Positions 1-12,292 of a DNA stretch of 64,000 nucleotides are shown piece by piece. The notes below the pieces were generated by a model. That model ran no database searches. It was not told the origin of the DNA and saw only the letters and a program-made list of their open reading frames with translations. The translations under genes and the position numbers were made by a program. The stretch comes from Mobula hypostoma (Eukaryota), in assembly GCF_963921235.1 (NCBI RefSeq), contig NC_086097.1:166658001-166722000 (forward strand), given 5' to 3'. Each line of letters begins with the position of its first letter. Position 1 is the first letter of the stretch.

Positions 1-149
1 ACAGAGTGTTAAAACGCTTGGACTATGAAGTCAAGGGAGTGTATTTGAGGCTGGTAATAAAGTTTGATTATGATCCATATAGCCGAATAGGCTTGAATTG
101 TCAAATAGCCCCCTTCGCCTTCCATGTCTATTGTTTCTATGTAACTTTA

Positions 150-920
150 TCAATCAGGGCATAGAAGTTGGGAAATTATGTTGGACTCTACAAGACATTG
201 TTGAGCCCACACCTGGAGTATTATTTTCAATTTAGGTCATCCTGTTACAGGATGGATGTGACTAAACTGGAAAGAGTGCAGAAAAAGATTTGCAAGGATG
301 TTGCTGGGACTCCAGGACCAAATTATAGGAAGAAGTTAAACAGGTAAGGAATTTACTCCTTAGAGCATAGGAAATTGAGGGGTGAATTCATAGGGGTATA
401 TAAAGTCACAAAGAGGTGAGTACTCTTATTTCAAGGGTTAGTGAATCCAGAAGACATAGTTTAAAGTTTAGATATGAAAAGTTTAATAACCTGAAGGGCA
501 ACATTTTAACACAGTGGGTGGGACCAGCTGCTAGAGGAAGTGGTTGAGGCGGGTACAGTATATTAGATACATTTAAGAAATATGTGGACAGGTATATGGA
601 TAACAAGAATTTAGAGAGATTATTGTCTAAACGTTGGAAAATGGGATTTGCTATAATACAGATTTTAGTCAGCATAGGCACATATGGGCTGATCACAAAC
701 AAGAGAAAATCTGCAGATGCTGGAAATCTGAGCAACACAAAATGCTAGAGGAACACAGCAGGCCAAGCAGCATATACGGAAAAGAGTACAGTTGAAGTTT
801 CAGGCCGAAACGTCAACTGTACTCTTCTCCTAGATGCTGCCTGGCCTGCTGAGTTCCTCCAGCATTTTGTGTGTGTTGCACATATGGGCTGAAGTGCCTT
901 TTTGTGTGCTGTATCACTGA
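150..920 (+). mobile_element. Old CR1 3' fragment interrupted by a fold-back element
   Basis: cccacacctggagtat (PHLEY) and gaaagagtgcag (ERVQ) remnants; 3'UTR resumes after the duplication at 878-892. Confidence 0.7.
693..877. mobile_element. Fold-back element copy, 15-bp TSD
   Basis: GCACATATGGGCTGA at 678-692 and 878-892; inverted arms; centre deleted. Confidence 0.85.
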
Positions 921-1113
921 ATTTCCCAGAATTGGTCGATATACAGAGACAAAGTGTGAGCTTGCTTCTGAAGAACTCAGAAAAGCGGACTATCACCTCC
1001 ATGGAAATAACAGATCAGAACTAATTGCATTTACGTTCCTTCCATAGTTACTCCTTTATTGTTATATATTTATGCACTGTAAAGTTGAAAACATCTTAAA
1101 GAGGTACACTTAC

Positions 1114-1193
1114 GAACATAAAGTTGTTTCACAGGCTTTGTGTCAGAATCGCTGGGAGCTCTGATATAGTTTGGAAATATCTTTGAAATTTTT
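1114..1193 (-). CDS. PIEZO2: PIEZO2 coding exon, cap domain (KISKIFPNYIRAPSDSDTKPVKQLYV); absent from the ORF track; gene continues beyond position 1
   Basis: Acceptor ttttcAG|A, donor C|GTaagt; 80 nt; resembles 'IYPYYVKAPSDSNSKPIKQL'. Confidence 0.93.
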
Positions 1194-2799
1194 CTGAAAA
1201 ATAAAACCATTTCATTAAAATATAATTTGTATCAAAACACATGAATGAGTTATTTGTTCATAATAAATCATCAACACGAAGGAGGTTGAAAGGTGTCTTG
1301 ATAGACATGTGTAAGATTATATAGGGCATAGACAAGGGTGGACAGCCAGTGCCTTTTACCAGAGGACATCCTTTTAAGGTGAGTAGACAAAAGCTGAGGG
1401 GAGAAGGCAGAAATGGATTTTTTCAGAGAAAATGGTAAATGACTGGAATGTCCTGCTGGGTGGTGGGAGAGGCTGATACGTTAGGGACATTTAAGAAACT
1501 TAGACACTTGGATGAAAGAAAAGTGGAGAGTTATGGACAACATAGGAGAGAAGAGTTAGATTGGTTATGGAGTAGGTTAAAAGGCTGCTACAACATGAGC
1601 CTCAGAGCTTGTACTGTGCTGTACAGTTCTACGACAATCGTCCATAGCAGAAAAACTTGTTCCCCTCTGCCATTTGATTTCTAATCAGTGCATGAATACT
1701 ACTTTGTTATTCCTCTTTAATTTATTTTTGTAACTTATAGTAATTTTGTGTCCTTACACACTGTACTGCTGCCTTAGTTCAACAAATTTCATGTCATAGA
1801 AGTTAATGTTAACAAATATACTGATCCAGACATAGGTTCCCCAGCAGAGGGTACAATTTACAACTTTCTTATGGCATTTAATTTTCCACTGAAATTAAGG
1901 TGAAATGTCTAAAAAGCGTAAGTGATAGCTTGCACCTTAGAAAATATCATTGTTGGAAGCTTTAATTCGGCAGTCAGAGACATCAAACTGTGGGTTCTAG
2001 ACACTTGCAAATTGCCATGGAGGCACAAGAGGCTGCAGATACTCTAACTTGGATTAATAAATTCACTAGGTTGAGCAACATGTGGATGCAGGAATGTTAA
2101 CATCAGGATCCTGCATCCTAATACAGTGTTTCAATCCTATTTTTTTCCCCTCCTACCCTTGAGACTTGACTAGCTGAGTTCCTCCAGCAAATGTTAACCC
2201 AAAGTGAAAACAAGAGTTACTGCTGCCCCACTGCAGGCTAGGTCATTGGGTGTATTTAAGGCAGAGTTGAGTAGGTTCTTGATTAGGTGTGAAAAGTAAC
2301 GGGGAGAAGGCAGGAGAATGGATTTGAGAAGGAAAATGAATCAACCATGATGAAATGGCAGAGCACACTCAAAGGATCGAATAGTCTCATTCTGCTCCGA
2401 TATTTTGTGGTCACTGAGAGTGCTGCAGCCTTTCCATATGTGGTGACAGCCATTTATTCATGCGATGTGAGTGCCCCTGGAAAGAACTTCCATTTATTTT
2501 TATGGGAGAGCTGAACCTATAGGATCAGGTTTATCATCACAAGCATTTGTCAAAAAATGCAGCAGCAGTGCAAAACATAAAAATGGTTATAAATTATGTA
2601 AATCCTTAAGTAGTGCAAAAGACAAATAAATGAGGTAGTGTTCATGGAATGCCAACAGGCACGTGCAGAAGTGAACTCCGTGAAGTTCAGACATGCTTTA
2701 GTTTATAAGGTAAATATGAAGTATCTGTTACTGGGATTTCCACAGGTTAAGTGAGTGAGAAAGAAAGTGGAATTTATTAATCTGGGAGATTTGGAGTTA

Positions 2800-2891
2800 C
2801 ACACACAAAATGCTGTTGCGTCCCACCGGCATTTTGTGTGTGTTGCTTGAGTTTCCAGCATCTGCAGATTTTTTTGTGTTTGCATTTTTAA
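2800..2891. mobile_element. Fold-back element copy (collapsed), 11-bp TSD
   Basis: ATTTGGAGTTA at 2789-2799 and 2892-2902; acacacaaaatgc...gcattttgtgtgt hairpin. Confidence 0.8.
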
Positions 2892-3909
2892 ATTTGGAGT
2901 TAATTACTTTGGTAGGAAATATGAAAATTTCTGCTTTTTAGACCAAGGCTGTAAATTGATCACCTTTGAAGGGATGATGAGGTGTTTGTGTATGAATCGA
3001 TAAAGGTTAACATGCAGGTGCAACATGGAAATAAACAGAACATTAGGCTTTATTGTATATGTGGGGGAGTATAAGAGAAAATAAGTCTTCCTGCAACTGC
3101 ATAGAGCATTACGCACAGGGAAGACTACGTGCAGTCTGGTATCCCTCCTTAAAGAAAGGTGCATTTGCTAGTGCATGTACCAGTGTACCTCAACAAGACC
3201 ACCTCTTGCACTGCCATGGTCTTATCTCTGAGTCTTTTTTTGTTGCATTAATTCTTATTTTTGCACAGTCTTCCTCCCTCCCTCTTCATAGGCCTGTAAA
3301 ATTTATATCCTGTGTGCCTGTGATACTGCAGTAATGAAGGCTTGTGTTGTATCTGTATCTCATCACATTTATGCCCATGACAATAATCTTGACAGGACTT
3401 GCAAATGGGAAGGTGGTTCAAAAGATTGATTCCAAAGATGAAGAGACCTATGATCCATAGCTTGTAGGAAAATGGAAAAAAAAAGAAATTGCATTTAAAC
3501 ATGCATTGTTCTTGTTGAATGGACAGGGAAGATATTGGTAAACCATTATATTGGTAACCATCCTAATATTGATTGGCATCTCCTTAGTGCAAGGCGTTTA
3601 GATGGGGTGGAGTTTGTTAGGTGTGTTCAGGAAGGTTTCCTGACACAATATGTAGATAAGCCAACTAGAGGAGAGGCTTACTTTATCTGGTATTGGGAAA
3701 TGAACCTTGTCAGGTGTCAGATCTCTCAGTGGGAGAGCATTTGAGGTAGTAACCACAAATCTATCTCCTTCACCATAGCGCTGGTAGGATTTATGAGCAC
3801 TTGGAGAGACATAATCTGATTAGGGATAGTCAGCATTGTTTTGTTAAGGGTGGGTCGTGCTAATCCCGATATGTAATCAAGAGGTAATTAATTCAAATGA
3901 CTAACTTAC

Positions 3910-4023
3910 ACAGATTTGTTGCCCCCTTCCATCAACTCCGCAAGCTCAGTTTTGGTTTTTGGTGGAACAGGGAATGATAATTTATTAGAAGCAATTTCAG
4001 ATTTTCCACCAAGAGTGACATTC
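3910..4023 (-). CDS. PIEZO2: PIEZO2 coding exon, cap domain (NVTLGGKSEIASNKLSFPVPPKTKTELAELMEGGNKS); absent from the ORF track
   Basis: Acceptor tttgcAG|G, donor GT|GTaagt; 114 nt, phase 2/2; resembles 'RNLSLGAKSEIATDKLSFP'. Confidence 0.93.
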
Positions 4024-4163
4024 CTGCAAATTGAAAGAGTGTTTGTAAAGTACAGTCAGAATAGTGATACTGGACTATATTTTACTAAAGTAAATTTAGC
4101 AGTGAAAATGATGAAGTATTCTTATGGAGGTTTTAAACATTTAACAAAGCTAAGGTATAAACA

Positions 4164-4377
4164 TACAAAATGCAGGAGGAGCTCAGCAGGTCAGGCAGCA
4201 CCTGCGAAAAGGAATGAACAGTCAACACTTCAGGCTGAGACCACTCCTTGGGTCCTGGTGGAAGTTCTTGGCCTGATAGGTCAACTGTTCATTCCTTTCC
4301 TGACTGACCTGCTGAGTTCCAACAAGCACTTTTTACGTGCTACTCTGGATTTCCGGAATATGCAGAATCGGTTGTGT
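4164..4377. mobile_element. Fold-back element copy (older), 14-bp TSD
   Basis: CTAAGGTATAAACA at 4150-4163 and 4378-4391; degenerate inverted arms. Confidence 0.8.
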
Positions 4378-5051
4378 CTAAGGTATAAACAAGGTGTCAG
4401 CAGCGCGAAGTGAAGTACCAGTGATCACAAACTTCAGCAGATGTGACGTTACATATGAAACAGAAACAGGAGTTGGTCGTTCCAACACATGCTCAGTTTT
4501 TCCAGCGGGTTTTGCATAATTTTGTACAACTCCTTCAATGATGACTTCATTGGGTAGCAAAGTCAATTTGGGTGTAAAACAGGCCTAGTGGGTGCATTAA
4601 ATTATTCTCCTCTTCTGTGTTTCTGATTTTCTATCATAGAATATTCCTGCTTCCTATAATTCTGAAGGATGGGAACAAATGTAAATTTCTGAGACACTAG
4701 CATTATAGTTAGATAAATAAAATTATAAGACTAAACTATTTTTACAAAAAACTTATTATTTACATATGTTCATAAAGAAGATGTAATGTGCTTTAAACTT
4801 GGAATTCTGAAATTGCCTGAGTTATGGTCTGTAATTTTCTAAGGGTTTCTCTAATCTAGCAAATTTCACTTTTTCAATTTATGATAGTAAACCATTATGA
4901 TAGCACATAAGCACCAACATTCCTGGTCATAATATTTGAATAAGGTAACTATTTTATTCATACAAATTAAAAGATAATATTACACCATAGAGGGTAACTC
5001 TAAACATGAAAGATGGTAGTGTATCCATAATCAGGTAGCTAACTAATTTAC

Positions 5052-5224
5052 CTTTGAATAGACCATGCAACAACAATGGAGACAGATGACGTGTTATCAC
5101 TCAATCCTTCTATCATTTTGGATCGACTTGGTGGACTGATGGTCCAAAGAGAATTTGAATTTCCTTCAAGTTTTGCAATCAAAATGTCTTCTTTCATGTA
5201 GGCATCCAGAAACTGCAGAGCACC
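5052..5224 (-). CDS. PIEZO2: PIEZO2 coding exon, cap domain (GALQFLDAY...LEGNSNSLWTISPPS...WSIQ)
   Basis: Acceptor tttctaaAG|GGT, donor AG|GTaaat; 173 nt, phase 0 to 2. Confidence 0.96.
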
Positions 5225-6539
5225 CTTTAGAAACACGTAATTAACCCATCAGTCATTGAGAATTCCACCTCAAGAGACTCATTTCCAGAGACATTAAGTC
5301 AGGTTATTTTTCATCAACCAATACTCTATCTGTGAGACAGGTTTAACTTAGTTTGCATTGTCTTAAGATCTCCTTGAATTTCTAAGCAGTTGTTTTGTCT
5401 ATGTTCACAACTCCAAGTGCAAACTCTGGAGTGATCACATTGTATCCTCAGCCACGTAACATTGTAAGATGTACAAGGCCAGTTTACACAGAGCAGCCTT
5501 GATAAGATGAAGGAACAGGTTAAAATAAAGGAAGATGAAGGACAAGCAAACTGTACACTATCTACTTTGTGAACAGCCAAGTGATTACTGATGGATTCTT
5601 AAATGCATGTGAAGAAGTTTGTAGTCTGAGACAATCCATGACACCATCTCACAGGTTAGAATGCAAACTGACCACTATAAGTAGAGTCAAAATTCAAGGA
5701 CCACTATTTATTACAGCTAATCTTTATAATCCCTGTGCAAATACAAGACCATAATGTCCTTACAGCAGAACACATTGTTCAGTAGTTAGCCCTCTACTGT
5801 ATCACACCATTACTCTGCAGTATTGGTGTCAATTTCACAGGTGATGATGGTTCCTGATCATCCTAACACGCCATCTTTCATTAAGGATGAGGTGTTGCTG
5901 AAATGCTTTTGCTGAACTTTCAGGAAAATACATGCTCAGGAAACTGAAGCTACACCATCTCTGAGAAAACTTGTATCATCAACACCCCTGCCAACAGGGT
6001 TACCAGTTTCTCGAGATGTATAAATGTGGTGTTAGCAAAGAGAACATGGAGGATCTCACGATAATGGCTGCCTTTGAGTATACACTTGGACTTAGCTACA
6101 ATTCACTGGATACGCTCCATTATTGCACAAGCCATTTGGTAAGAAAGAAAAGTCACAGGGAGTAAACTGAGGGTGAGCTGACGATCCAGGGGATGATTAG
6201 GTGGTGTATCGGACCATCTGACCTGTGTTCAATGTGCATTGTTTTCATACGTACAGCACCAATGCAGTGAAAGCTGACTGGGTTGGCAGACAGGTGGCAA
6301 TCCCTTCTGCTAAGTTAGCAGGCAAGGAAATCTACCAAAAAGCAAAATAGTGCAAATACTGGAAAACTGAAATGAAAACAGAAAAAGATCATGATATTCA
6401 CCAGATCAGGCAAAGTTCAAGAGAGGAACAGAATTAATGTTTCAGGTTGATGATCTTTTATCAGAACTGATGTCCTGAAGAAACATCTACCCTTTAACTT
6501 CCATAAATGGGACATAAGGATGATTTAATGATTACTTAC

Positions 6540-6632
6540 AGAATTATCATGAAATTCCTTTAAAAGTCTGTTGTACTCAGTATGATCCAAATCTTGCAGC
6601 TGGTTCTGCTGGGCACTCATTGTAAAGATGGG
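6540..6632 (-). CDS. PIEZO2: PIEZO2 coding exon, cap domain (PIFTMSAQQNQLQDLDHTEYNRLLKEFHDNS); absent from the ORF track
   Basis: Acceptor ttttttcaAG|CCC, donor TCT|GTaagt; 93 nt; translated by hand. Confidence 0.95.
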
Positions 6633-7874
6633 CTTGAAAAAAATACAAATAAATATTACAAATAAGTGACAAATAATCAAGGACAAAAGATAATGATTTT
6701 TCTTGTATTTGGGTGGTAAAAGTTTGCAAGCAATTCTTACAAGGAATTACATGGATATGAACAGACTATTAGCATTAATGGACATCTGCTGTCATTTATG
6801 TCAGATACTTAACCCCACTCCCTTGTTATGCCTCTTAACTTAACCTCTTTGATCCTCCTTAAATAAAGGCAGATTTTAATGTTTCCCAAATGAAGTCTAA
6901 TATCTTGTCTTGAAGTAATATGCCTTCCCAGTCAGGCCAAGATCGGAATTCCCTCCCTATGATAAGGAAATAAACTTAGTATGTTACCCCTCAGTAACAA
7001 ACAATATATAGGCCTTTTAACTCTCTCCTCCTTGATCCTCAGATAAAACTGAAAGTTGATCATAGTTTTATGAGAAAAGAGATTTGAAATATGCTTTACT
7101 TTGCCTATTTAACAGTTGGAATGGTTGCACCATTTGTACTCTGTTGGTACTTGGATTAAGGGGTTGAATTGTCCTTCTTTATATTCCAAGAGAACTAATA
7201 AACAGGCACGATTCATACTTAAATTTATTAATTAGAAAATGTACTTCTTCCTTTTTGAAATAAGTTACGAGTGCATTTAAGGCTCTCTCTCGGATACTAA
7301 CAGCAGACTTATGGTCACCAGTACACATGAACAAGCTGACTGATGAATTTATGACTTTATAAACATTTTCTGATGTATTTTTCAACAAGTTCCCTAACTT
7401 GATAGTGTGGCTTCACCAGTGAGTGCAAGAAAGAATCAGGTGATTTGGAGTGTGCCAAAGGGGTTGGAGCCTGATCACACAGTTGCGGTGTCAACTGTCC
7501 AGAGATCTGTACGGTGCTGGATTTGATGGCTACTCTGAGGCTGCAGGCGTCCTTCTCAGGGAGAGAAAGCGGCATTTCCGGTGCTTTCCCTCTAGTTCTC
7601 TCCTCAAGCCACAACAAGCAGGAGCCGCCATCAGGCAGAGCTAGGAGCACTGAGCAGACTCACTCGCTCACTGAGTTAGTGAGGCCAGCTGGCAGCCATC
7701 TGTCCTATGCCCGCTCTCTCTCCCACTGTAGTTTCTCTGTGCTCCCTTGTTTTTGCTCATTTCCGACATAGAAAAAAAATCAGATTAGGAACAGTTTTTA
7801 GGAATGGGAAACCTGTCATAACCTGGGGCGTGCCTACATATTGATCCAGAATTTGTCCTAAGAAGTTAATCCAT

Positions 7875-8380
7875 ATAACATAGAATAATACAGCACAGTA
7901 TGGGCACTTTGGCCATGATGTCATGCTATCCTTTAAACCTACTCCTCAATCTATCTAGCTCTTCCATCCCATTTAGCCCTCCATTTTTTTCTTTCTTCCT
8001 AGTGTCTGTCTAAGTCTCTTAAATGACCCTAATGTATCAGCCTCTACCACCATTCCCGGCAGTGCATTCCAGATATTTACCACTTTGCCTGAAAAAAACT
8101 ACTTCTGACTTCTCCACTCACCTGTGTGGAAAAAAAACACCTCGCCTAAAATTTCCTCCAATAATTTTAAAAGGATATCCTCTGGTATTAGTCATTGCCA
8201 CTGTGGGAGAAGAATGCTGGCTATCCACTCTCTCTATGCCTCTCATAATCTTATATGCCTCTACCGTCACCTCATTGTCCTTCGTTCCAAAGAGAAAAGC
8301 CCTAGCTCACTCAACATTTCCTCATAAGACATGCTCTGTAATTCAGGCAGCATCCTGGTAAACATCCACTGCACCATTTC
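7875..8380 (-). mobile_element. Old CR1 3' fragment
   Basis: catagaa tail, CR1 3'UTR and RT C-terminal remnant (caggcagcatcctggtaaa). Confidence 0.65.
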
Positions 8381-8719
8381 GTAGAACTATAATGATAGTT
8401 ATAGGAAGGAGCGTGCTCAGCCTACTGAATGTGCACTGCTCCTATTGCACCAGTGATAGGGCAGATTCTCCTCATGGCCTTGCTCTTTGCAAACATGACT
8501 TAACCTGCTTTCATGGCCCTTTCAGGGAATGAATGCCACATTATGACCACTTGATATGCTTATTTCTTATGTCACCCCAAATCACCTTAAATCTGTGTGC
8601 TCTGATTCACAGAAGAAGAATTTCACACTATTCATGATACTGAACATTTCTGCAACCATTTCCAGACCTTCACTTCTGCTAAGAAGAGCAATCCCAGCTT
8701 TCGCAACCTATTTCTTTAC

Positions 8720-8908
8720 CTGATAGCCTCCAATGGTGATTGTAACAGAAACGTCCAAAGGTCTGTTTGTCACACCAGCAACAGACTTTATCAATGACAT
8801 GAAGAGGAGCGGGAACCACACAATGCAGATTAACAAAAAGACGATGAGACCACCCATGCCATATTTTACAACCTTCTTTTTCTTCTGCCCTCGTGGCTGA
8901 GGATATCT
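8720..8908 (-). CDS. PIEZO2: PIEZO2 coding exon ([20 protein letters not shown]...WFPLLFMSL; outer helix)
   Basis: Acceptor aattgcAG|AGA, donor CAG|GTaaag; 189 nt, phase 0/0. Confidence 0.98.
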
Positions 8909-10050
8909 CTGCAATTAAATGCAAGCATTAGGTTAACAAGTTCCTACCACCACTCAGGCAGGAGGCTGTTTTGCAAATGCAAAGTAATCAGAATCAGGTT
9001 TATTATCACTGATGTATGTTGTGAAATTTGTTGTTTCATGGCAGCGGTTCAGTACAAGACACTAAATAAATAGGTAAAAAGGAATAGCAAGGTCGTATTC
9101 ATGGGATCATGAACCATTCAGAAGTCTGATGGTGGAAAGGAAGAGGTTGTTCCTAGAATGTTGAGTATGCACCTACAGGCTCCTATACCTCTTTGATAGT
9201 GGAATGAAAAGAGGGAGTGTCTTGGATGGTCAAAGCCTTCGTGCTGGACGCTGCCCTCTGGATGCCCTTGATGAAGGGGAGGCTTATGCCCGTGATGGAG
9301 CTGGCTGAGTTTGCAACCCTTTACTGTCTCTTTCAATCCTGAGCCTCCTCACTAGGCTATGATACAACCAGCTGGAATGCTCTCAAACATGCATTTGTGA
9401 CACCAGACCTCCTCAAACTCCTAATGAAGTATAGCCACTGGCTTGCCTTTTTCAAAGTTCAAAGTACATTTATTATCAAAGTATGTATACATTATACAAC
9501 CTTGAGATTTGTCTCCTTGCAGGCAACCACAAAACAATGAAACCCAAAATAACTCATTAAAAAAAAGTCAAACACCCAATATGCAGAGAGAAAAGATAAA
9601 ACAGATTGTGCAATCAATAAAAGTAAGCAAACAGCATTCCAGACAAAAATGCATCCATAGACACAAAACCCAGAGTAGTTGGAGCAGGCCGGAGCCTCAG
9701 CCTCAGTTCAGTGCAGAGCCAAGTAAGCATTACAGAGCAGTGATCAGAACTGGCCCGTCCCTTGACTCTTGTCCCGACACCCTGTCTTTTCTATCCACCA
9801 TCCAAACATCGGGTCATTCCTCGCATTGTCACCCAGGCCCTGCTGCTCTGGGACTTCACAGTCATGTTTTAGTCCGTACCCGACCTTTCCAAATCAGCCA
9901 GCTGCTTAGATGGATCAAACCCTGATCTTAGTTTAGGTGGACGGCCCTCGAATCTGCCTCTCCTCCACTCCATTTGCTCCGACTTTACCTTGAATATGCC
10001 TCAACCTCACCCTGATTTTCCCTCGAACGTGTCTCAATGTTGCCTCGACT

Positions 10051-10320
10051 GCCATGCACCCACCCACTCTGACTCTACACTCAGCTTCACCTTTGGCCAC
10101 GCACCCACCCACTCTGACTCTACACTCAGCTTCATCTTTGGCCACGCACCCGCCCACTCTGACCCTAGTCTCAGCTTCACCTTTGGCCACGCACCCACCC
10201 ACTCTGACCCTAGACTCAGCTTCACCTTTGGCCACGCACCCACCCACTCTGACCCTAGACTCAGCTTCACCTTTGGCCACGCACCCACCCACTCTGACCC
10301 TAGACTCAGCTTCACCTTTG
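10051..10320. repeat. Minisatellite, 6 x 45 bp
   Basis: Unit GCCACGCACCCACCCACTCTGACCCTAGACTCAGCTTCACCTTTG, six exact-length units. Confidence 0.97.
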
Positions 10321-11529
10321 CTCGTCTCTCCATTGTTTGCAGCGATTGTTTACCATACTTGTTTGTGATTGTATTGGTATGTTGGGCGCAAGATAGATCC
10401 TCTGAGATATTGATACCCAGCTGTTCACCTTTTCCACTGCTGAAATCTCAAAAGGCTCTGGTGTGTGTTCCCTGGACTTCCCCTTCCCCAAGAAAAAGCT
10501 CCAATATATGAACTCATGCAAAATACTGAGAAAAATAATGATAGGATTTTACCATCGTAACAGCCCTGAAATGAGTATATGTTTTATACTTATAACATTA
10601 TGAATCTGACAACAACGTCAGAATTCCCACATTGCATAATTTACCAAACCTGCTGTTCATACTCCAGCAGTCCCTTGTTTGCAGCCTCTTCCAATGTATT
10701 CTGAGATTTGACAATAGATGCAAGCATTTAAAAAGCATTCTTTCCTGCAAATCGTATGCTTTGCTGTGTAGGTGCAAAGAAATTTTAATGGTGCACTAAG
10801 TCATAAGTAATGTATGACAAAATTCTGTGGACCTCAAAAAATAGATTTTTGAATTTTATTACCCTCAGATACATATTTCAAAATATACTGTAGCACATTG
10901 TCATATTTTTAAATTTTGAAAGTGTTACTGATATTTCAGTTTCAACATCTTACGTAAATATTAAAAATACTGGTTGAAAATCTGTATTTTCCTTCCTGGT
11001 TTGCTGTCAAAGAGGATTCTTCATTATGATTGGATGCTCAACCAGCGAGTTGCTGGGCACCAGTGTCACATTTGAACTGATACCTGAGGATAGCTGGGAT
11101 TGGATAAGTATCTTGGCCAGGTTCTGATGAAGTCATCGTGACAGCCACTGACCACACTGACCAATGCATTTAAGTTTAAAAGGGACTTGAGAGGCAACTT
11201 CTTCTCCCAGGAATAGTTAGTATATGAAACAAGCTGTCTGAAGCAGTGGTTGTTGTAAGTACAATAAGAACATTTAAAAGATACTTGGTGAGGTACCGTG
11301 GATAGCAAAGATTCGGAGGGGTATGAGCCAAGTAGGACTAGCATAAATCTTAGTTGGCGTGGGTAAGGAGGGTAGAAGGGCCCATTTCTGTGTCATATAA
11401 CTCTGACTTTATGAGGAAAACCAGGAACCAGAGAGCCATTAGTGCTAAAAACGTATGACTTGATCAAAAGTTTAACAACATATATTACAAGGGGTTGATT
11501 TAACTGAGAATAATATGCAATTTTCTTAC

Positions 11530-11677
11530 CTTTTCAGATTCACGCCAGCACTTCAAAACAAAAATATGGGCATAAATGTCCTCTATACAGATCCAGCTTG
11601 AAAGACTAAGGGTTGTGTCTGTCCAGACCCAGTCCATCACTGCTCTTAACTCAGTCAGGAAAGGCACCAGTCGGAAT
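11530..11677 (-). CDS. PIEZO2: PIEZO2 coding exon with the Piezo PF(x2)E(x6)W signature (anchor region)
   Basis: Acceptor ctccccAG|A, donor AAG|GTaaga; 148 nt; encodes FRLVPFLTELRAVMDWVWTDTTLSLSSW...WRESEK. Confidence 0.98.
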
Positions 11678-12292
11678 CTGGGGAGACCAGGTGACAATCA
11701 GAATGCCACAGACGAACAACATTGCAAAATTCACTGACGTCAGAATCAGATTATTATCACTGAATGATGATTTGTTGTTTTGGGGTAGCAGTATAGTGCA
11801 TGTAGTGCACTATTTTATAAGCAGGATACTGGATGCATATTACATAACACACAAATCTGACGTGAGTGCCGAGCCAGGAGTATTCAGGTACGACAAGGGC
11901 CTCATTAATGGTGAGCTGCCAATGAGAGATGGAGTGAGCTAAAACTCACATTGCTAATCTGTGACTTCTGTTGAAATGATCACAGAGATGAAACTGGTGA
12001 TTTCCATTCAGAACAATCTAGCAATACTTTTTATATGGCTTCCAATTTTCTTTCATTTTGCAGTTAAAAGAAAACGAAGGGTGTAATGATCTGCTGATTC
12101 ATTCCTACTGGTGAAGATCAATTTCACCATTATTTGTGTCTAGCATTTAGATTAAGTCTGCACTTCAAAATGCCACATCGTTGGATAGCCTCCCTTCTTA
12201 CTCTTTGATCCGTTTGAAAAATGGTCATTTGGGTGAGATGCCAGAATAGGTGGCTATAAAGTTACACATTGTATAAGATTACACACTGTATA

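Noticed and set aside
4378..4660. Candidate extra PIEZO2 exon (ORF 4378-4566 and a nearby acceptor-like site)
   Set aside because: The required phase hits a stop within ten codons and the peptide is not Piezo-like; exon 3910-4023 supplies the expected sequence and phase.
10051..10320. Regular repeats resembling a CRISPR array, or a repetitive protein (ORFs 9933-10511)
   Set aside because: Units are head-to-tail with no unique spacers, there are no cas genes and the DNA is vertebrate intron. The ORFs arise from a stop-free 45-bp unit.
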